Shown here in pieces: positions 28,194-35,099 of a DNA stretch of 64,000 nucleotides. Positions within the stretch are counted from its first letter, which is position 1; every line of letters starts with the position of its first letter. Location of the stretch: contig JAZNEA010000057.1 of NCBI GenBank assembly GCA_045588325.1, forward strand, positions 1,089 through 65,088, written 5' to 3'. Both the position numbers and the translations under genes were made by a program. Below the pieces are notes generated by a model that did no database searches, was not told the origin of the DNA, and saw nothing but the letters and a program-made list of their open reading frames with translations. The stretch is from Clostridia bacterium (GTDB taxonomy: Bacteria; Bacillota; Clostridia; RGIG7378).

Positions 28194-28367
28194 ATGTGTA
28201 AGAGCTTTATGGATATGGAAGACGGAGATTTTTGTTTTACTACATCTGACAATATGGCAATGGACTCTGAGGGGCATATGATGATGCGTATGGGTGATAA
28301 CATGGCTATGGATATGGACTCGGGTGAATTACATATGGTTTCTTCATGGGATGACGATGATGAATAG
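28194..28367 (+). CDS. Small Met/Asp-rich acidic peptide (57 aa) not present in the ORF track: MCKSFMDMEDGDFCFTTSDNMAMDSEGHMMMRMGDNMAMDMDSGELHMVSSWDDDDE
   Basis: An ATG sits 3 nt after the upstream stop. There is an unusual run of MxM/MMM motifs, and no signal peptide. Confidence 0.3.
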   Translation: MCKSFMDMEDGDFCFTTSDNMAMDSEGHMMMRMGDNMAMDMDSGELHMVSSWDDDDE

Positions 28368-28388
28368 GTGATTTCTTTTGAATTTTCG

Positions 28389-28444
28389 TTGACGCATACG
28401 GAATCCGTGTACATAATAAAGGTAGGTATATACGAAATCCGTAT
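28389..28444 (+). promoter_or_regulatory. Promoter (TTGACG, 17 nt, CATAAT) with two near-palindromic operator-like sites, TACGGAATCCGTGTA in the spacer and TACGAAATCCGTATA at about +15
   Basis: Two copies of a TACGNAATCCGTRTA dyad spaced about 33 bp apart, immediately upstream of the HTH gene at 28459. Confidence 0.5.
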
Positions 28445-28458
28445 ACAGGAGGTGCAAG

Positions 28459-28731
28459 ATGAAAGACTTAGAGTATATCGTAAACGGAATCATTGTTGAA
28501 GATGAGAATAAGGCAGAGCAAGATGAAGCCAGAAAGAAAAGAATGCTTGCATCTGCTTTTGTAATGGTAAGAAACAAGACCGGTATGAATCGCAAAGAGT
28601 TTGCTGCATGGCTAGGAATACCTTATCGAACAATGCAGGATTGGGAACTCGGCAACTCACAGGTCCCTGAATATGTTCTTAGACTCGTTGCCTATAAGGT
28701 AATGATTGAAAAGGAAAGGGGGAACATATAA
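28459..28731 (+). CDS. Small helix-turn-helix DNA-binding protein (90 aa)
   Basis: ...MNRKEFAAWLGIPYRTMQDWELGNSQ... is an HTH of the XRE/Cro type. It is translationally coupled (ATGA) to the downstream membrane protein. Confidence 0.6.
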   Translation: MKDLEYIVNGIIVEDENKAEQDEARKKRMLASAFVMVRNKTGMNRKEFAAWLGIPYRTMQDWELGNSQVPEYVLRLVAYKVMIEKERGNI

Positions 28732-29036
28732 TGAGAATACTAAAAGCGATTTTGATGGCACCAGTTAGAGTGATCGTATTTTTTATCCAGCTTGTATTAA
28801 CGTTGGGTGTAGCTATATTTGGCGCAGCCGGTGGCATTGTTACAAAGGCTGGAGAAATAGTAGGAGGCCTTTTGATTTTAGGATGCCTTCTTTGTGTTGC
28901 ATCCGGACAGATTTCTGGAGATATCTTTTTAAAGATGTTCCTTGGTGGAGTTGCATTCGGAGCAATCCCTGCTGCTGTTACAAAGCTTGGTGAAGAGGGA
29001 ATTTTTGCTATTAAAGGTATCATAGGAAGAATTTAG
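28731..29036 (+). CDS. Small glycine-zipper membrane protein (101 aa, 3 predicted TM helices)
   Basis: It has hydrophobic GxxxG-rich segments (GVAIFGAAGGIV; GGLLILGCLLCVASG; GGVAFGAIPAAV). Confidence 0.5.
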   Translation: MRILKAILMAPVRVIVFFIQLVLTLGVAIFGAAGGIVTKAGEIVGGLLILGCLLCVASGQISGDIFLKMFLGGVAFGAIPAAVTKLGEEGIFAIKGIIGRI

Positions 29037-29046
29037 AAGAAAAGAG

Positions 29047-29079
29047 AATGCTTAGAGGCCAGTTCCATCAATTTGGAAT
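29047..29079 (+). terminator. Rho-independent terminator after the membrane-protein gene (GGCCAGTTCCA...TTGGAATTGGCC + TTTTT)
   Basis: A ~12-bp stem with one mismatch, followed by a T-run. Confidence 0.55.
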
Positions 29080-29162
29080 TGGCCTTTTTCAATATTGTAC
29101 TTTATTGAAAAAAGAGTTTGACAATCTCCTTCAATATTGTATAATGGTCTTGACCAATAATG
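29080..29162 (+). promoter_or_regulatory. Sigma-A promoter (TTGACA, 16 nt, TATAAT) embedded in three related operator-like sites. Two are CAATATTGTA half-palindromes and one is a perfect 18-bp palindrome CAATAATGTACATTATTG.
   Basis: Near-consensus -35 and -10 hexamers. The repeated dyad overlaps the -10 and the +1, as expected for an autorepressed RHH/HTH operator. Confidence 0.55.
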
Positions 29163-29188
29163 TACATTATTGAAGGAGATTGAAACAG

Positions 29189-29557
29189 ATGCATAATTTA
29201 GCATTACATTTAACTGATGTTCAATATGGCGAATTATTTGTAAAATCGCAAATTGAGGGATTATCCATAGACGCTTATATAAAAAAGACACTTTTCGAAA
29301 CCGATCCGGGAATATTCACTCCTAAAGAGGCTATCAGAAGAGCTATGGAAAAATATGACATAGGGGAATATTTTGAGCTTAGGGATCTATATTCAGATGA
29401 AGAATGGTCAAGTATGGAGCGCGGAGAAAGAATTGCTTTTGGACGAAACTTTTTTTCTTTTACCAGTGTCATTGAACCAGGAAAAGTAAAACTTGTTCAA
29501 GATACGGGAAATAATGGTAGAAGAGCAAAGTACGAATTATTAAAGAAGAAAATGTAG
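29189..29557 (+). CDS. Hypothetical protein with an N-terminal ribbon-helix-helix (CopG/Arc/ParD-like) DNA-binding domain and a ~70-aa C-terminal extension
   Basis: NLALHLTDVQYGELFVKSQIEGLSIDAYIKKTLF fits the RHH beta-alpha-alpha pattern. An AAGGAG RBS lies upstream. Confidence 0.45.
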   Translation: MHNLALHLTDVQYGELFVKSQIEGLSIDAYIKKTLFETDPGIFTPKEAIRRAMEKYDIGEYFELRDLYSDEEWSSMERGERIAFGRNFFSFTSVIEPGKVKLVQDTGNNGRRAKYELLKKKM

Positions 29558-29587
29558 AGAGGAGCCTTTGTTAGGAGGGGATGCTTC

Positions 29588-30025
29588 ATGACAACAAGAG
29601 AATTGAAAGAAAAGCTTAAAAACTCTCAGGAGACATATCCAGTATCAAGTGCATATGATGCAACTCATGGTCAAAGGAAAGGTGTTCATTGGAACAATCA
29701 AAAGGAACACCTTTTGCCGTGGCTTGATGCACAGGAGACTCATGGTTATGGTGGGTTTACTAGATTAAATATCAATACGGATGCCGAAAGAATGTACAAT
29801 CATCTGTCGTGTCCAGAATGTCTTTTATGGTTATGCGAAGCTTCTGGAGTGCCTTATGATGTTGTTAATGCGGCAGCTGAAAAAGCAAAGCTTCATGAAA
29901 AAGTAGTTTCCAGAGCAGCTTCAATTCGTAGAGATATACCGTGGAGTGAGGTAGAGAATAGGCTTAATATACCAATAGAGAGAACAAACACTTGCTTGGC
30001 TTTGCAAACACGTCACAATGTGTAA
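29588..30025 (+). CDS. Hypothetical protein (145 aa), with no recognisable domain
   Basis: The ORF has a GGAGGGGATGCTTCATG RBS context. It has island-type AT-rich codon usage. Confidence 0.45.
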   Translation: MTTRELKEKLKNSQETYPVSSAYDATHGQRKGVHWNNQKEHLLPWLDAQETHGYGGFTRLNINTDAERMYNHLSCPECLLWLCEASGVPYDVVNAAAEKAKLHEKVVSRAASIRRDIPWSEVENRLNIPIERTNTCLALQTRHNV

Positions 30026-30125
30026 TCGTATGTTTCTGGAAAAGCGGTAGCATTTCTTCCTTTTGCCCTATTTGGGAGTTTGATCGAGAAAAAAAGGTTG
30101 GGAAATCAGTTATAACGAACAACGC

Positions 30126-30518
30126 ATGAAGAAGAATCCAATTATTCAGAACCTCCATTTTTCGGACAAAACAGACGAATTTAAGGAAATACTTTTGGAT
30201 ATAGGAAAGTTTGCAACAGCAATAGAACAGCCCTATTTTGCAGATGTTTTTCGTAATGCATACGAGTCTTTGTGCGGTTCAGAAACTATCGAAGACGACA
30301 ATATTCCCAAACAACTCCCCAACGAGTTCAAATCTATATATTATGCGGTAGATAAAGCCGATGTGTTTGGTGCTATGGGGTCTTGGAACGATTCGCCGCC
30401 TTATTATGCGCACCAAAAAGGATTGGATAAGGAATATAATGAGTTATCAAACGGTCTGCTTGTTCAAATACGCTATCATTTGATGTATGTTACCAATGAG
30501 TGTTGGAAAAGAGATTGA
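30126..30518 (+). CDS. Hypothetical protein (130 aa), possibly an orphan immunity-type protein
   Basis: A small soluble protein in an array of unrelated small ORFs next to an RHS-CT cassette. Confidence 0.4.
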   Translation: MKKNPIIQNLHFSDKTDEFKEILLDIGKFATAIEQPYFADVFRNAYESLCGSETIEDDNIPKQLPNEFKSIYYAVDKADVFGAMGSWNDSPPYYAHQKGLDKEYNELSNGLLVQIRYHLMYVTNECWKRD

Positions 30519-30705
30519 GTACCATCTCCATCTTTGCGTGCAACAACTATTAAGAGCAAATAATAGGACAAGCTTAATAGACAAATTAAATCTCCCTACT
30601 GAGAAAGCGGTGGGGAGATTTTGCTTTTGTTGAATTATCAGAGTTCTTATATTATGCTTATGGTGTAGAGCAGATAAAGGTGTGTTCCTGAGTTGGAGTA
30701 GATAT

Positions 30706-31191
30706 ATGATCGTTTCATTTGATTTGGATGATACCCTTTTTGTTTCACCAGACAGGGCAAAAACAGAAAAAGAGTTAGTCTTTCCTTTGAATAAGATCTA
30801 TAAGGAGAGAATGAGACAGGGGACAAGAGACCTGTTCCAGCAGCTACATGCAAGAAACATTGACACATGGATATATACGACGTCCTTTCGAACAGAAAAG
30901 TATATTCGGAGATTGTTTAAGCACTATGGCATAAAAATCACGAATGTTGTTAATGGGGAAAAACATTTAAAAGAGGTCCAGGGAATCAAAAAGGATCCCA
31001 TGCCGTCGAAATATCCTTCGAGATATCGTATTGATTTGCATATAGATGACGATATTTCCGTCGCACAAAATGGCAAATTGTATGGCTTTAAGGTGCTAAT
31101 TATTAAGGAAGAAGATGATGAATGGGCATCTAGTATTCTGGCAACCGTGGACGGAATGTTGCAACGAACCAAGCAAGGAAAATCGGAATAG
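30706..31191 (+). CDS. HAD-superfamily hydrolase-like protein
   Basis: The N-terminal motif I is SFDLDDTLF (DxDxT), with downstream ...IDDDISV... (motif IV-like). Confidence 0.55.
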   Translation: MIVSFDLDDTLFVSPDRAKTEKELVFPLNKIYKERMRQGTRDLFQQLHARNIDTWIYTTSFRTEKYIRRLFKHYGIKITNVVNGEKHLKEVQGIKKDPMPSKYPSRYRIDLHIDDDISVAQNGKLYGFKVLIIKEEDDEWASSILATVDGMLQRTKQGKSE

Positions 31192-31251
31192 CTAAGTATA
31201 TTGTTATCTTTTTGTAAAATGATATATTTTTTATGTAAGGAGGATTGTTTT

Positions 31252-31911
31252 ATGAAAAAGTTATTATGTTTGTTTTTGGCAATTGTTATGCTGTTGGGCC
31301 TTTGCGGCTGCTTTGATGGTGGCACAGATGATATTCGTGGCGAGATTAACGCCGAGCCTACCCCTAACGAGCCGGAGTTCTCACTTGGCGCCACGTCTGG
31401 CAACTCTTATACCAATGATTTCCTGGGACTAAGTTGTGTTCTGCCTGCGGGATGGGTTTTTTATACTGACGAGCAGATTATGGAACTCAATAACATAGCA
31501 AAGGATATGATTGACGACGAACAGGTTTCCGACCTCCTCAAAAATGCAACCATTGTTTATGATATGACCGCTTCTCATCCAGATGGTAGTTCTATAAACA
31601 TAAATATGGAAAAGCTTAACGCTGTTCAGCAGCTGACCCTCAATTTGAAAAGTATGCTGGAGGGACAGATTAGCACGATTGTCTCTACTTATCAGAACAT
31701 GGGATTTACCGATGTCAATGTGGAATACCAAAAGATAATGGTCGATGGCAAGGAGTTTGATGGATTAAAACTTACTGCAAAGATTCAGGGTATTGCATAT
31801 TACGGAGAGCTCCTTGCATTTAAGAGGGGTAGCTATGTTGCGAATGTTTCAATTGGATCTATTCAGACAGACAAGAGTGAGATTATTTGGAGTTGCTTTG
31901 AGGTTGAATAG
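31252..31911 (+). CDS. Lipoprotein of unknown function
   Basis: The signal peptide has a lipobox (MKKLLCLFLAIVMLLGLCGC). An AAGGAGG RBS lies upstream. Confidence 0.6.
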   Translation: MKKLLCLFLAIVMLLGLCGCFDGGTDDIRGEINAEPTPNEPEFSLGATSGNSYTNDFLGLSCVLPAGWVFYTDEQIMELNNIAKDMIDDEQVSDLLKNATIVYDMTASHPDGSSININMEKLNAVQQLTLNLKSMLEGQISTIVSTYQNMGFTDVNVEYQKIMVDGKEFDGLKLTAKIQGIAYYGELLAFKRGSYVANVSIGSIQTDKSEIIWSCFEVE

Positions 31912-32052
31912 AGTGCCATGGCAAAATTAGGACGTATTCTTAAAGGATCTTCTAATTCATGACGTTTTCCAGGCCCCGCTCTTTGGTTTGCACAAATCAA
32001 AGAGCGGGGTCAAATATATGGAGGAAAATATGAAAATATATTCTATTAAGAA

Positions 32053-32110
32053 ATGGACTGCGCGCAATAATGTAACACCCTCTGTGCTACCATATGCATA
32101 GAGTAGGAAC
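32053..32110 (+). repeat. Direct repeat copy 1 (~57 nt, imperfect): ...TGGACTGCGCGCAATAATGTAACACCCTCTGTGCTACCATATGCATAGAGTAGGAAC
   Basis: It matches 34083-34141 (core 35 nt, 31/35 identical, plus an upstream arm resembling the 3' end of the immunity-like gene). Confidence 0.65.
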
Positions 32111-32387
32111 TATTGGATCCGTGGTATAAACGCACTATAGTTAACCAGGCCAGGTCAGGGTTAAAATTCCTGCCCTGGCCTTTGTTTTCTAATTAGGATT
32201 CTAGCTTTATAACTATAGCCGTATTAATTACGGATATACGTAATCCACCTCGTTTTCTTTTTGATTAGAAGGCGCCTTGCCTAAAATGGCACGAATTTGT
32301 TTCTCTAGGTAACGACGACCTTGTTGACGAATAGGAATAGATGTTCCTTTGGCTGTATTTCCGTTTGTTCCATCAGTAGCAGATTAA

Positions 32388-33380
32388 ACTGTATCCTATG
32401 GTTACACAGATAGCAGCTGGGCAGATTTGCTTACATCTTACAAGGGAAAAACCATAACCTATGATGCAATAGGCAATCCCCTAGACGATGGTACATGGGA
32501 CTATGTATGGGAGAGAGGCAGACAGCTTAAGTCCATGGAGGGAGCATCTGTAAAGTGGACATACACCTACGATGCAAATGGTCAGAGATTGACTAAGACC
32601 AACAATACTCTCACATATCACTATATCTATGATGGCATCCAGTTAAAGTATCTAAAGGTAACACAGAAATCCGGACAGAGTACAAACACGGTATGTGAGA
32701 TGTACTTTGAGTATGGACAGACAGGTCTCATGGCCATACAATATATTAGTAGCAGCTTGACAGACACATACTATGTAGTAACCAATGCTCAGGGAGACGT
32801 TGTAGCCTTGGTGGATGGTAATGGCACGGTGGTTGTAAACTACACCTATGACGCATGGGGTAAGCTACAGGCCATGACAGGCTCTAAAGCCAGCACCGTA
32901 GGCAAGTATAACCCCATCCGATATAGGGGATATGTCTACGACACAGAGACACAGCTGTACTACCTGAACACAAGGTACTATAACCCAGACATGGGTAGGT
33001 TCATTAATGCGGATTCCTTACTTAGCCGAGGATCTGTTCTTGGAAGCAATATGTTTGCCTATTGTCTTAACAATCCGGCAAACATGGCAGATACCACAGG
33101 TGAACTTCCATTTTTCCTTGTGACTGCTGCTATAGGTGCAGTTATTGGCGCTATCATTGGTGGTGTAGTTGCTGCAAAGAGTGGCGGAAATGTTTGGGCT
33201 GGCATAGGGATTGGCGCTGCTGCCGGAGGACTAGCAGGAGCGGGTTTGGGCGCAGCGGCTGGAGTGTTGTTGGCTGGCAGTGCTACGGCTAGCACAGCAG
33301 CAGTAGTGTCTGGTGCAGGAATGGTTGCAATGGCAGCAAGTACTGGTGGTGTGGTCGCAAGCTTCTGCTGCATTTTGTAA
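32388..33380 (+). pseudogene. Orphan, 5'-truncated RHS/YD-repeat protein C-terminal fragment with a glycine-zipper hydrophobic toxin tip
   Basis: YD repeats are visible (YDANGQRLTK, YDAWGKL, YRGYVYDTETQLYYLNTRYYNPDMGRFINADSL). The RHS core-end motif is ...NPANMADTTGE. A 95-aa Gly/Ala-rich hydrophobic C-terminal tip follows. The only in-frame stop is 3 nt upstream of the start, there is no ATG or RBS, and no RHS N-terminal part anywhere upstream. Confidence 0.7.
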
Positions 33381-33515
33381 TCAAGCAAGTGGTGTAGTAA
33401 ATGCATTTATTTCAAACAGTCTCTATCGTGGAGTAGATAGTGTCTTTTGGAAGGTCGAAATGACTGCGCTCTTAAACAACCCTAGAGTTACAGAAATAAT
33501 CATTCATATTTTCGA

Positions 33516-34106
33516 ATGAGTTTGGAGGAATGTGTGAAACGTTATTTTTATATCACAATTCACTTCTCTCCTGATTATGAAGGGACAGTGTTTTCAAAAT
33601 ACCATGATGATCTTTATATAAATACCGAAACAGGAGAGATATATCGCAAAAGATTGTTGTATGATTTTGGTTGGGGGCAAGAGAATGGATTTGAATTAAC
33701 ACCGCAGTTGTCATTCGAGGAGTTGATTCAATTGGTTGAGAGTCCAATGGTATTACCTCGAAAGAAGTTTTGGAAAAAATACACCAAAGAGGAAATTCAA
33801 CAAGCTGATATTTGGCGTAGCAACTTATATGGTGCAGTTGCGGTGATAATGCAAGATTATGTAAAAGATCTTATTGAGTTCCTATCGGCCAGGGTTGAGA
33901 CAGATTACTTTTCAAATCCAAGTATACGAGATAATTTCAAATGTTTCTCTTTTGACTCGGAAAAAACAAGAGCGGAGGGTAAGATTCCAGGTGGAGTTCT
34001 TACACAATCATATGAAGACATTTTTAAGAAATACCCTCAATGGGAAAGAATTTCTTCGAAGATTATTAACCAAGTATACGTACTGGACTGCGGCGAAAAT
34101 AAGTAG
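33516..34106 (+). CDS. Putative cognate immunity protein of the RHS C-terminal toxin (196 aa, unknown family)
   Basis: It lies immediately downstream of the toxin tip on the same strand and is a soluble protein. This position is conserved for polymorphic-toxin immunity genes. Confidence 0.45.
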   Translation: MSLEECVKRYFYITIHFSPDYEGTVFSKYHDDLYINTETGEIYRKRLLYDFGWGQENGFELTPQLSFEELIQLVESPMVLPRKKFWKKYTKEEIQQADIWRSNLYGAVAVIMQDYVKDLIEFLSARVETDYFSNPSIRDNFKCFSFDSEKTRAEGKIPGGVLTQSYEDIFKKYPQWERISSKIINQVYVLDCGENK

Positions 34107-34141
34107 CACCCTCTGTGATACCATATGGGTAGAGTAGGAGC
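34083..34141 (+). repeat. Direct repeat copy 2, covering the last ~24 nt of the immunity-like gene plus 35 nt downstream
   Basis: See copy 1. Confidence 0.65.
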
Positions 34142-34524
34142 GGGCAAGGCAAACAATAATAGTAAATACGTGATATGTAGTTGGCTAGGAGCATACCGAA
34201 GAAAACAGTGTGGCACAAAGAAAGAAGAAAGCATGGCGCGTTCCAATACATAGAGCTATTCTATAAAAGGAAATGTTCCCAACATGTAGGGTATAGGCAT
34301 TTATCGAACAAATATCTAAAGTTTAACCTGAGGTATGGTAGTTGCAAATATGTCTATGTAGGTTGTTATTCGAGTCATCAAATTAATATTATAAAATCTA
34401 CGCTAAATAAGGATTAGGTTGTAGGTAATGCTGGACAAAAGCAAAATATGGATGTTTTGGTTTAGTAGTTACTAATGTATCTTTTTTGATAGTGTCGTTT
34501 GGGAAGCAGCACAGGAGACTAACA

Positions 34525-34980
34525 ATGGAATATATAATAATTTTATTTATCCAAATTTTGATCATGTCTTTAATCCTTTTCGGCAGGAAAGATAATGCGC
34601 GTTTGATAAAAAAACTAGATAGTACTTTTTTAATAGTCATGTGGATTTTTCAGGGATTATGTATTATAGGTAATGTCGTTTTATTGTTTGTTGCTAAAGA
34701 TATGATGATGTATGTTCTTGAATTCCATGTTTTTATAGCAGGTATCATACTGATGATATTTGATCCTATTGGAAAAAGACTACACTTTCAAAGGTTAACG
34801 AATATTTTAATAGAAGATAATCTGATTTCATTAGATACGGGATCTATTAGACGATATATAGTAGAAAAATACGGCTTGATATATTCTACAAAAGAGATTG
34901 ATAAATACATAACTAAAATTATAGAGAATCAAAAGAAAATAGATCTAAAACATCAGAAAAAGGGAAAAAACGATAGATAA
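34525..34980 (+). CDS. Small polytopic membrane protein (about 150 aa)
   Basis: It has four hydrophobic helices (IIILFIQILIMSLILF; FLIVMWIFQGLCIIGNVVLLFV; FHVFIAGIILMIF). Start taken at MEYIII.... Confidence 0.4.
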   Translation: MEYIIILFIQILIMSLILFGRKDNARLIKKLDSTFLIVMWIFQGLCIIGNVVLLFVAKDMMMYVLEFHVFIAGIILMIFDPIGKRLHFQRLTNILIEDNLISLDTGSIRRYIVEKYGLIYSTKEIDKYITKIIENQKKIDLKHQKKGKNDR

Positions 34981-35099
34981 TTAATTCGCTAGTATTATTC
35001 AGCATTTGCGATTTCCCAGCGGGCATATTGCTTCAGTTGCCTTATTTCTGCATTTTGATGTAAACTAAACCTACAAATACTTATTCGGAGACAAAATGT

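Noticed and set aside
31972-32008. Perfect 12-bp hairpin CCCCGCTCTTTG...CAAAGAGCGGGG downstream of the lipoprotein gene
   Set aside because: It is a strong stem but has no U-run on either strand, so it is not a canonical intrinsic terminator. It may be an RNA stability element or a recombination site, but there is no further evidence.
32228-32384. Minus-strand open frame of 51 codons (SATDGTNGNTAKGTSIPIRQQGRRYLEKQIRAILGKAPSNQKENEVDYVYP) just upstream of the RHS fragment
   Set aside because: It contains no Met or alternative start codon and has no RBS. It could be the 3' remnant of a gene destroyed by the cassette insertion, but that cannot be supported from sequence alone.
34181-34417. 78-aa ORF in the AT-rich spacer after the immunity-like gene
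   Set aside because: It has a very AT-rich, low-complexity Lys/Tyr-rich translation with no RBS. It is more likely noncoding spacer or degraded cassette remnant.
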